DNA from: Paraperlucidibaca sp.
GTDB taxonomy: Bacteria > Pseudomonadota > Gammaproteobacteria > Pseudomonadales > Moraxellaceae
Length of the DNA stretch: 33,162 nucleotides
Direction of reading: 5' to 3'
Assembly (NCBI GenBank): GCA_039929665.1
Contig: JBDSQT010000046.1
Coordinates: 1-33,162 of the forward strand
In this document: positions 8,620 to 16,310 of the stretch, piece by piece
Layout: every line of letters starts with the position of its first letter
Numbering within the stretch: position 1 is the first letter of the stretch
Notes under the pieces: model-generated
Seen by the model: only the letters and a program-made list of their open reading frames with translations
What the model was told of the DNA's origin: nothing
The model's database searches: none
Made by a program: the position numbers and the translations under genes

Positions 8620-10281
8620 ATGAAAACACGCGAATACTTCAAATCTGGCGAAGCTTGGGTCTGGCTTAACGCCGGCACGGTCGCCATTTCATTGATCATG
8701 GTGGTCGGTGTGCTGGGGCTCATTGCTGTACGAGGCTTGGGACATTTCTGGCCAGCCGACGTCATGCAAGCCAGCTACTCGGCGCCCAGCAGCAGTCAAA
8801 CCGAAGTTGTCTTGGGTGAGATTTACGACAGCAAATTTGACACCTCAACGCGTCTCAAAGAGTCCGGTTTAAAAATACCGCCAAATAAAGAGTCGATTGA
8901 GCGCATCTCCTTAAAACTGGGTAATCGCGATGTCACCGGCGCCGACTTCCGCTGGGTCTTTGCCGACGGTTTAAGCAATATCAGTTACCCAGAGGACATC
9001 ATCGCCTTAGAGCGACAAGAGTGGGGTAACTTTTACGGCCGACTGCAGTCGATTAGTGAAAATGGCCAGGTTGTCGCCTCTGGTGAAGAGGCTTGGGATG
9101 AGTTGCAAAAGCGCATTAAGCGAAGCAATGCGCTGCTAGAAGAAATTGCCGGCATTGAGAAAGGTGCGATTGGCAAGATTAACCACGGCATTGAAAAGCT
9201 GCGCTTAGAAGAGCGCCGTTTGGTGATAGATAATGCCTTGACCGAGGCTGCCAAGGTGGATCTTGCGGCTCGTCGCGATGCGTTAAATGCGAACTATGGC
9301 GAGCTGTCTAATCAGCTTGAGGCGTTGAAAACACAAGCCAGTCGCGACACCGTCCTGCTCACAGCAGGTCAAGGTCAGGAGCTGCAGTTAGCCGTTAGCA
9401 AAATCGTTCAAGCCATTAAGCCTAACCATTTAAATGTGCTGCAAAAGCTCGCTGTGTATTTTCACAATGTGTGGGCGTTCTTATCCGGCGATCCGCGTGA
9501 GGCGAACACAGAGGGTGGCGTATTCCCCGCTATTTTCGGCACGGTATTGATGGTGCTGATTATGACGGTGATGGTCACTCCCATGGGCGTTATTGCAGCG
9601 ATTTACTTGCGCGAATATGCCCATCAGGGCGCGGTTACTCAGGTCGTGCGGATTGCGGTCAATAATCTCGCTGGCGTACCGTCGATTGTCTATGGGGTCT
9701 TTGGCTTAGGCTTTTTTGTCTACTTCCTTGGCGCCAATATCGATACATGGTTTTATCCTGAGGCCTCACCGGCGCCCGTCTTTGGTTCGCCTGGCCTGCT
9801 GTGGGCATCCATTACCTTGGCGTTACTGACCTTGCCTGTTGTTATTGTTGCGACAGAAGAGGGTTTAGCGCGTATCCCTCGGGCATTAAAAGAGGGCTCT
9901 TTGGCGCTTGGCGCCACGAAAGCAGAGACCCTGTGGCGTGTGGTGTTGCCGATGGCTACACCGTCGATTATGACCGGCGTGATTTTGGCTATTGCCCGTG
10001 CTGCAGGCGAGGTTGCCCCGCTGATGCTGGTCGGTGTGGTCAAGCTAGCGCCCACGCTACCGCTGGATGGCAACGCACCATTCCTGCATTTAGAGCAAAA
10101 GTTCATGCACTTAGGCTTCCATATTTACGATGTTGGCTTCCAAAGCCCGAACGTAGAGGCCGCACGACCGCTGGTCTATGCCACGGCATTTTTGCTGGTT
10201 GCCGTTGTCGCGGGGCTGAACTTGTCGGCGGTCAGTCTGCGTAATCGACTGCGCGAAAAATATAAGGCGCTGGAGTCGTAA
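8620..10281 (+). CDS. pstA: Phosphate ABC transporter permease PstA, long form with a coiled-coil insert
   Basis: 553 aa with PREANTEGGVFPAIFGT, NLAGVPSIVYG, SLALGATKAET and ARAAGEVAPL. Confidence 0.95.
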   Translation: MKTREYFKSGEAWVWLNAGTVAISLIMVVGVLGLIAVRGLGHFWPADVMQASYSAPSSSQTEVVLGEIYDSKFDTSTRLKESGLKIPPNKESIERISLKLGNRDVTGADFRWVFADGLSNISYPEDIIALERQEWGNFYGRLQSISENGQVVASGEEAWDELQKRIKRSNALLEEIAGIEKGAIGKINHGIEKLRLEERRLVIDNALTEAAKVDLAARRDALNANYGELSNQLEALKTQASRDTVLLTAGQGQELQLAVSKIVQAIKPNHLNVLQKLAVYFHNVWAFLSGDPREANTEGGVFPAIFGTVLMVLIMTVMVTPMGVIAAIYLREYAHQGAVTQVVRIAVNNLAGVPSIVYGVFGLGFFVYFLGANIDTWFYPEASPAPVFGSPGLLWASITLALLTLPVVIVATEEGLARIPRALKEGSLALGATKAETLWRVVLPMATPSIMTGVILAIARAAGEVAPLMLVGVVKLAPTLPLDGNAPFLHLEQKFMHLGFHIYDVGFQSPNVEAARPLVYATAFLLVAVVAGLNLSAVSLRNRLREKYKALES

Positions 10282-10312
10282 TCGACTTCGTCCACGGATT
10301 GATTAGGAACTA

Positions 10313-11164
10313 ATGACCATGAACGATGTAACTCAAAGTGAGCAAGTAATGGCGGTAAAAGATACTGGCGCAATGGGGCGTACGCGTCGCGACAGAGAGC
10401 TGTCCAGTGAAAACACCTGTATTGAAACGCGTAATCTAAACTTGTTTTATGGCGCTAAACAGGCGCTGTACGGCATTAATATGAGCGTGCCTAAAAACCG
10501 CGTGACAGCCTTTATCGGTCCCTCGGGGTGCGGTAAATCGACGTTGCTGCGAACTTTCAATCGCATGAACGATCTTGTCGATGGCTGCCGTGTAGAGGGT
10601 GAAATTCTGCTTGATAAGCAAAACATCTTTGATCGTTCAGTCAATATTACTGAACTGCGCCAGCGTGTTGGCATGGTGTTTCAAAAGCCCAATCCCTTTC
10701 CCAAAAGCATCTATGAAAATGTCGCCTATGGCCTGCGTTTGCAAGGTCAAAACTCCAAGCGCGTGCTCGATGAAATTATCGAGCAGTCGTTGCGGCGTGC
10801 AGCTTTATGGGATGAGGTCAAAGATCGACTGAATGACAGTGCGCTGGGGCTTTCCGGTGGTCAGCAGCAGCGCTTGGTCATCGCGCGTGCCATTGCTGTG
10901 CAGCCTGAAGTGCTTCTGCTCGATGAGCCGTGCTCGGCTCTTGATCCTATTTCCACGCTGAAAGTGGAAGAGTTAATCCATGAACTGAAAGAGCAATTCA
11001 CCATCCTCATCGTGACTCACAATATGCAGCAAGCCGCTCGAGTCTCGGATTACACGGCCTTTATGTATCTGGGCAAGATGGTCGAGTACGGTGATACCGA
11101 TACGCTGTTTACCAACCCTAAAAATAAACAAACCGAAGACTATATTACGGGCCGTTACGGCTAA
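10313..11164 (+). CDS. pstB: Phosphate ABC transporter ATPase PstB
   Basis: 283 aa with [36 protein letters not shown] and C-terminal EDYITGRYG. Confidence 0.97.
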   Translation: MTMNDVTQSEQVMAVKDTGAMGRTRRDRELSSENTCIETRNLNLFYGAKQALYGINMSVPKNRVTAFIGPSGCGKSTLLRTFNRMNDLVDGCRVEGEILLDKQNIFDRSVNITELRQRVGMVFQKPNPFPKSIYENVAYGLRLQGQNSKRVLDEIIEQSLRRAALWDEVKDRLNDSALGLSGGQQQRLVIARAIAVQPEVLLLDEPCSALDPISTLKVEELIHELKEQFTILIVTHNMQQAARVSDYTAFMYLGKMVEYGDTDTLFTNPKNKQTEDYITGRYG

Positions 11165-11180
11165 TCGTGGAGATACTGCA

Positions 11181-11894
11181 ATGAAGCGTGAAGATTATCG
11201 CCAACACATCTCGGCGCAGTTCAATGAAGAGCTCGACGAAGTCCGTAGCCATTTTTTGGCGATGGGCGGCTTGGTAGAGAAACAAGTGACCGATGCCATT
11301 AACTGCTTGCTAGATGCAGACTCGGCATTGGCTGTCGCAGTGCAGGACAACGACCGTCGCATTAATCAAATGGAGTCGGGTATTGATGAGAATATCGTGC
11401 GAATTTTGGCGCGTCGCCAGCCGGCGGCCTCAGATTTGCGCATGATCATTGCCATTGGTAAATCGATCACCGACCTTGAGCGCATGGGCGATGAAGCAGC
11501 GAAAATTGCTCGTGCCGCGCAAACATTGTGCGAGGAAGGCGAGTCACCGCGTGGCTATTTAGAGTGCCGTCACATTGGCAGTCTAGTCCGTAAGATGATT
11601 CATGAGACGCTTGATGCTTTTGCGCATTTTGATGCCGACCAAGCGTTCAACGTCATGAAAGCGGATGCTGAGATTGATTTGGAGTACCGCACCGCGACGC
11701 GCGCCTTAGTCACCTACATGATGGAAGATCCACGTGCGATTTCGCGTGTGCTGAGTGTCATGGGTGTGCTGCGCTCATTGGAGCGCATTGGTGATCATGC
11801 GCGCAATATCTCTGAGCAGCTGATCTTCTTGGTGAAAGGTGCCGATGTACGCCATGCCACCTATGAGCAAGTGCAAAAGAAGCTGGAGTCTTAA
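11181..11894 (+). CDS. phoU: Phosphate signalling protein PhoU
   Basis: The ATG at 11181 follows a GGAG RBS (the ORF track extends the frame upstream to 11091). Motifs HISAQFNEEL, RQPAASDLR, DLERMGD and SLERIGDHARNI. Confidence 0.96.
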   Translation: MKREDYRQHISAQFNEELDEVRSHFLAMGGLVEKQVTDAINCLLDADSALAVAVQDNDRRINQMESGIDENIVRILARRQPAASDLRMIIAIGKSITDLERMGDEAAKIARAAQTLCEEGESPRGYLECRHIGSLVRKMIHETLDAFAHFDADQAFNVMKADAEIDLEYRTATRALVTYMMEDPRAISRVLSVMGVLRSLERIGDHARNISEQLIFLVKGADVRHATYEQVQKKLES

Positions 11895-11904
11895 GACTCC
11901 AGCT
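11881..11904. repeat. Perfect 24-bp palindrome at the phoU/phoR convergent junction; candidate terminator for phoBR
   Basis: AGCTGGAGTCTTAAGACTCCAGCT equals its own reverse complement. The central TTAA contains both stop codons. On the minus strand it is followed by TCTTTT. Confidence 0.9.
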
Positions 11905-13192
11905 CACGCTCAATGTGCGTGGGTATAAATGAGCAAGTAAAGCGCGAGCCACGGCCGAATTCAGACTGAATATCGAGCGTGGCTTTGTGCTGCATGAGCA
12001 CATGCTTAACGATGGCTAGCCCCAAGCCAGTGCCGCCAGTGGCGCTACTTCTCGCGGCATCGGCACGGTAAAAGCGTTCGGTAAGGCGCGGCAAATGGAC
12101 GGCATCAATGCCTAGGCCATTGTCGGTGACGCGAAAGTGCGCACCTTTACTATCCGCCCACCAGCGTATGGCCACACTGCCGCCATCCGGTGTGTATTTC
12201 ACTGCATTGGTGACTAGGTTGGAGAACGCTGAGCGTAAATCTGCCTCCATACCCATTACGCATAACCCCGGCTCGCACTCGAGTGTCACGGTTTGCTTTT
12301 TCGGCGTCGCCAGCGCCTGTGCATCGTGATGAATCTGCTTAAGCATGCGCGGTATGTGCACGGTGTGTGGCTCGCGATCATCCGGTTGACTTTCAAGGCG
12401 TGAAAGCAGCAATAAGTCATTAACGAGATTGTTCATGCGCGTGGCTTGCTGCGCCATTTGGCTCAATGCACGCAGCCAACGTGGCTCAACGCCTTCGGGC
12501 TGATCAAGCAGCGTTTCTAAGTAGCCAGTGAGTACGGTTAATGGTGTGCGTAGCTCATGCGAGACGTTGGCGACGAAGTCTTTGCGCATCTGCTCGAGGT
12601 TATGCAGTCGAGTAATGTCATAGACAATGATCAAACGATCATTGTCGCCAAACGGGGTGATTTCAAACTGTAGGTGACGTCCCGGATGGCGTTGTGAGGC
12701 AACTTTAAGGCCTTCGTCATAGGGGCCGTATTTGAAGTAGCGAATAAAGCTAGGTGCGCGAATCAAATTGATGACCGGCTGGCTGCGATCGGCAGGGCGA
12801 AATCCGAGTAAGGCTTCGGCGGCGGGGTTCCACCACTCTAGATTGCCATGGCTATCGATGAGTGCCACGGCCTCTTCAAGTGCTGACACAGATTCGCGGG
12901 CGCGGTCGATAATACTGAGTAGGCTGTCGCGGGAGCGACGTTCATCGCGGCGTAAAAAATAAATGCCTCTGAACACCTCGTCCCAGGCTCCCTCGCTTTC
13001 TGGTACGTCTTGATTACTATTTTGTAGCCAATGCCGGAGTCGGGCGAGTTGTTGGAGTTGGCGATACAGAAGCCACGCCAATACGACGCATAAGCCAAGA
13101 ATGGCCTGGCCGGCTAAGTAACCAAGGCCTAGGCCGAGCGCGCAGCCAAGAAATACTTCAGTAATTTCACGATCTGAAATTTTCCGACTCAC
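11891..13192 (-). CDS. phoR: Phosphate regulon sensor kinase PhoR
   Basis: 433 aa with N-terminal TM region, PAS (WWNPAAE), H-box [15 protein letters not shown]-box [10 protein letters not shown]-boxes DNGLGI and [12 protein letters not shown]. Overlaps the phoB stop by 4 nt. Confidence 0.96.
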   Translation of the reverse strand: MSRKISDREITEVFLGCALGLGLGYLAGQAILGLCVVLAWLLYRQLQQLARLRHWLQNSNQDVPESEGAWDEVFRGIYFLRRDERRSRDSLLSIIDRARESVSALEEAVALIDSHGNLEWWNPAAEALLGFRPADRSQPVINLIRAPSFIRYFKYGPYDEGLKVASQRHPGRHLQFEITPFGDNDRLIIVYDITRLHNLEQMRKDFVANVSHELRTPLTVLTGYLETLLDQPEGVEPRWLRALSQMAQQATRMNNLVNDLLLLSRLESQPDDREPHTVHIPRMLKQIHHDAQALATPKKQTVTLECEPGLCVMGMEADLRSAFSNLVTNAVKYTPDGGSVAIRWWADSKGAHFRVTDNGLGIDAVHLPRLTERFYRADAARSSATGGTGLGLAIVKHVLMQHKATLDIQSEFGRGSRFTCSFIPTHIERELES

Positions 13193-13902
13193 ACAGGCTC
13201 TACCTTGACACTGGTTTGCACCGAAAAGCGATAGCCGGTGCCCCGTACCGTTTGAATAAAGCGGTCATAGCCAAACGGCTCTAGGGCTTTACGCAGGCGA
13301 CGAATGTGCACATCGATGGTGCGGTCCTCGACATAGACATTGCCGCCCCAGACTTGATCGAGCACCTGTGTGCGGGTGTAGGCGCGTTCGGGATGACTCA
13401 TGAAGAAGGCCAGTAAGCGATATTCCGTTGGCCCCATTTCTACCGCCTTGTCATCGGCACTGACGCGATGGCTGACGGGGTCGAGCTTCAGGCCCTCAGC
13501 TTCAATGGCGTTTTCTTGGTGTAGGACATTAGCGCGACGCAGCACGGCCTTTATGCGCGAGGCGAGCTCGCGAGTGGAGAATGGCTTGGTGATGTAATCA
13601 TCAGCACCGGCATCGAGACCTTGGATTTTATTGTCTTCCTCGCCGCGAGCGGTGAGCATGATGATGGGGATCTCGCGCGTATTCTCATCGCGCTTGAGTC
13701 GACGTGCCAACTCAATTCCGCTCATGCCTGGCAGCATCCAGTCCAATAAAATCAGTGCGGGGCGTTCATCGACGACTAGGTGGTGTGCCTGCAAGGCGTC
13801 TTCAGCCTCTAGACAGGTATAGCCTGCCAAATCCAGCGCAATGGAGATCATTTCGCGAATGGCGGCTTCGTCGTCGACGATCAGTATTTTGTCGCTGGGC
13901 AT
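13189..13902 (-). CDS. phoB: Phosphate regulon response regulator PhoB
   Basis: 237 aa with receiver domain ([23 protein letters not shown]) and winged helix ([40 protein letters not shown]). Confidence 0.97.
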   Translation of the reverse strand: MPSDKILIVDDEAAIREMISIALDLAGYTCLEAEDALQAHHLVVDERPALILLDWMLPGMSGIELARRLKRDENTREIPIIMLTARGEEDNKIQGLDAGADDYITKPFSTRELASRIKAVLRRANVLHQENAIEAEGLKLDPVSHRVSADDKAVEMGPTEYRLLAFFMSHPERAYTRTQVLDQVWGGNVYVEDRTIDVHIRRLRKALEPFGYDRFIQTVRGTGYRFSVQTSVKVEPV

Positions 13903-13924
13903 AGCACGTCTCGAATCAGTTTAG

Positions 13925-13980
13925 ATGACAGGCCTATTACAACGCGAAGACATGACAGAAATATTACGACGCTATGACTA
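13925..13980 (-). promoter_or_regulatory. Pho-box array and -10 of the phoBR promoter
   Basis: The minus strand reads TAGTCAT-AGCG-TCGTAAT-ATTT-CTGTCAT (13980-13952), then TTGTAAT-AGGC-CTGTCAT (13942-13925), both with 11-bp period. TGTAAT (13941-13936) lies 10 nt after the first array and fits a -10. Confidence 0.85.
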
Positions 13981-14865
13981 TGGCAACATAGAATGCGCCG
14001 CTAGCTGTTGCAACCAAGCCATTAATAAAGCGACGAATAACACCAGACCTACCCAATGGTTGTGTTTAAAGGCCTCTAGACAGCGATGCTTGTCGCGGCT
14101 GGCGGTGTGCTGCCATTGCCAGATGAAGAGCACGGCGCCGCCTCCCAAGCCTGCCCACCACGGCCATGACCATTGCATTTGATGGCCAACAAAGCCCAAT
14201 GCAGCAAGCCAAAATAGCTGCAGGCCTGCGATAGCGGCGCGATCTAAATCGCCGAACAAAATAGCGGTCGACTTCACCCCAGCCTTTAGGTCGTCTTCAC
14301 GATCGGCCATGGCGTATTGTGTGTCGTAGGCGACTGTCCAGGCGAGATTGCCGGCGTAGAGCAGCCAGCACAGGTCGCTTGGCTCACGGCCTTGGGCGAC
14401 AAAAGCCATGGGGATGGCCCATGAAAACGCAGCGCCCAATACCACTTGCGGCAAATAAGTGACGCGCTTCATGAATGGGTAGAGCAGGGCTAAGGCCAAT
14501 GCGCCGAATGACCAGTAAAACACCGCAATGGGCAAAAACAGCAGCAAGCTCGCGCTCAGTACGACGAGCAGGGCAAACAGCATCAGTGCTTCGCTACCGA
14601 GAATGCGCCCGCTGGCTAAGGGTCGATCAGCGGTGCGCCAGACCTGGCCATCGATGTGGCGGTCGGCATAGTCATTGATGACGCAGCCGGCTGAGCGCAT
14701 TAAGACGACGCCGGCGACAAAAATAGCGACGACTTCAGGCGCGGGGTGGCCATCACCGGCGACCCATAGTGCAATGACGGTAGGCCAGAGCAGCAGCCAG
14801 ATACCAATGGGCCGGTCGAGGCGCATTAGGGCGATAAAGTCGGGTAAACGGTCGCGTGAAATCAT
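13978..14865 (-). CDS. ubiA: 4-hydroxybenzoate polyprenyltransferase UbiA
   Basis: LMRLDRPIGIWLLLWP, RSAGCVINDYADRHID, RPLASG and YDTQYAMADREDD. The ATG at 14865 overlaps the ubiC TGA (ATGA) and is preferred over the track start at 14973. Confidence 0.95.
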   Translation of the reverse strand: MISRDRLPDFIALMRLDRPIGIWLLLWPTVIALWVAGDGHPAPEVVAIFVAGVVLMRSAGCVINDYADRHIDGQVWRTADRPLASGRILGSEALMLFALLVVLSASLLLFLPIAVFYWSFGALALALLYPFMKRVTYLPQVVLGAAFSWAIPMAFVAQGREPSDLCWLLYAGNLAWTVAYDTQYAMADREDDLKAGVKSTAILFGDLDRAAIAGLQLFWLAALGFVGHQMQWSWPWWAGLGGGAVLFIWQWQHTASRDKHRCLEAFKHNHWVGLVLFVALLMAWLQQLAAHSMLP

Positions 14866-15422
14866 GGTGCTATCGTGTCTGCCTGAGCGCTGGCGGTCAA
14901 CAGGGCGGGGAGAAAGGCCTCGGCTACCAAGATTGCTTGGCCGCGTAGTAAAAAGCGCGAGCGGCGCGCCCACACCGTATCGCTAGCGAGCGCGAGTTGG
15001 GCATAGCGTATGGGTCCGCGCTGCAATGCTGGGTCGCGAAATAACAAACTGCCTAAGCTCTGATTGCCCAGCCGCGTCAGACGGCGATTCAGTCCGCCTA
15101 AGCTGCGCCTAGGCAGTACCGAACGCGCCTGTACCCATGGCGTGTTAAGACCGACCAAGATGACCTCGCGAATCCAAGCAAACTCGCCACGGCGAAGCCC
15201 GAGCATGTGTGCCTCTTCGGCGCTAGGCAGGCCCCAGCCCTCACTGAGCACGTCGACATGCAGTTCGCCATTCAACTGAGTTGCGAGTGTCGCCAGTCGT
15301 GCCGTTAACGAACCCGGCTCAGCCAACCAAGAGCGCACATCACGCCGGCATGGCTGGCGTAACAGCAGCGGCTCGTGCTGCCAACGGCGAGGGTGAATCC
15401 ATTTGCGTGGGCTATATGACAT
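14862..15422 (-). CDS. ubiC: Chorismate pyruvate-lyase UbiC
   Basis: 186 aa with WLAEPGSLTARL, REVIL, WVQARSVLP, LGSLLF, WARRSRF and LVAEAFLP; directly upstream of ubiA. Confidence 0.9.
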   Translation of the reverse strand: MSYSPRKWIHPRRWQHEPLLLRQPCRRDVRSWLAEPGSLTARLATLATQLNGELHVDVLSEGWGLPSAEEAHMLGLRRGEFAWIREVILVGLNTPWVQARSVLPRRSLGGLNRRLTRLGNQSLGSLLFRDPALQRGPIRYAQLALASDTVWARRSRFLLRGQAILVAEAFLPALLTASAQADTIAP

Positions 15423-15432
15423 AAGCAGCGTA

Positions 15433-15498
15433 ATAGTAAAAAGCTATCGAAAGTATTCGACCAACTCATTGGCCGCCGTCAGCGCTGCATCATAACCT
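15433..15498 (+). promoter_or_regulatory. Putative OxyR binding site and promoter of rbr-rubA-rubB
   Basis: ATAG-N7-CTAT-N7-ATTC-N7-TCAT (15433-15469) compared with the OxyR consensus ATAG-N7-CTAT-N7-ATAG-N7-CTAT. It abuts a candidate -35 TTGGCC (15469-15474), with -10 TAACCT (15493-15498) 18 bp later. Confidence 0.7.
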
Positions 15499-15549
15499 AG
15501 CCTCGTTGAAGCAGCGCTAGGCTGCAGTGTATTAACGAGGAGAGATGAG

Positions 15550-16026
15550 ATGAATTTAGCGATTACTGTCACGGGGAAGAACTTAGAAGCTGCTTTTGCT
15601 GGCGAATCCATGGCCTTTATGAAATACAGCTACTTCGCCAAGTTGGCGCGTGCATCGGGTGATGAAGCGACAGCGAAAGCTTTCGAAGACACTGCTCAGC
15701 AAGAAATTCAGCATGCCTTCGGTCACTTAGATTTACTCTATCCAAAAGTCACTATGACATCGGAAAAAATGCTTGAAGTGGCGATTGCTGGCGAGACTTA
15801 CGAATACACCGAGATGTATCCGACGTTTCATGAGACAGCGGTGAAAGAGCAAAATGTCGATGCCATGAAAGAATTTGAGGAACAAATTGCTGAGTCAGAG
15901 GAGCATGCGGAATGGTTTAAGGCGGCCTTAAAAAAGGCAGAAAAACGCTTTGCCGCGCTAGCAAAGGTAGAAGAGCGTCACGCCAAGCATTACCGTGAGG
16001 CATTAGCGGCAGCACAAGCGCGCTAA
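15550..16026 (+). CDS. rbr: Rubrerythrin-family diiron protein lacking a fused rubredoxin domain
   Basis: 158 aa with NLEAAFAGESMA (E19), E52-x-x-H55, GETYEYTEMYP (E82/E85) and E141-x-x-H144. It has no cysteines. GAGGAG RBS. Confidence 0.9.
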   Translation: MNLAITVTGKNLEAAFAGESMAFMKYSYFAKLARASGDEATAKAFEDTAQQEIQHAFGHLDLLYPKVTMTSEKMLEVAIAGETYEYTEMYPTFHETAVKEQNVDAMKEFEEQIAESEEHAEWFKAALKKAEKRFAALAKVEERHAKHYREALAAAQAR

Positions 16027-16142
16027 TTTCGGTAGCATTGCGCGCTGGCAAGGTTGAGTCGCCTGACTCTAGGCGCAAAGACTTAGGCGCATCGGCACAA
16101 CAAGCCGGTGCGTGAGCAGATTATCTAACGATGAGGTGAGTT

Positions 16143-16307
16143 ATGAAAAAGTGGCAATGCATTGTTTGTGGCTTTGTCTATGACGAAGCGGTTGGTATGC
16201 CCTGGGATGGTATCCCCGCCGGCACCGGCTGGAACGATATTCCCGAGGACTGGGTCTGCCCGGACTGCGGCGTCGGTAAAGACGATTTTGAAATGGTGGA
16301 ACTCTAA
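16143..16307 (+). CDS. rubA: Rubredoxin (54 aa)
   Basis: Manual translation [54 protein letters not shown] has two CxxCG knuckles; GAGGTG RBS. Absent from the ORF track, presumably because of its size. Confidence 0.97.
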   Translation: MKKWQCIVCGFVYDEAVGMPWDGIPAGTGWNDIPEDWVCPDCGVGKDDFEMVEL

Positions 16308-16310
16308 ATC

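Noticed and set aside
15501-15540. Hairpin CCTCGTTGA...TTAACGAGG partly covering the rbr RBS, as a possible riboswitch or RNA thermometer
   Set aside because: The predicted TSS (about 15505) would remove much of the 5' arm, and it resembles no riboswitch I know. Worth revisiting only if the TSS maps further upstream.
16027-16142. Small hairpins (GAGTC/GACTC, GCATCGGC/GCCGGTGC) and a TAGGCGCA repeat between rbr and rubA, as an ncRNA or REP element
   Set aside because: The stems are short, there is no U-tract, and I saw no second copy in the window; at most these are mRNA stability elements.
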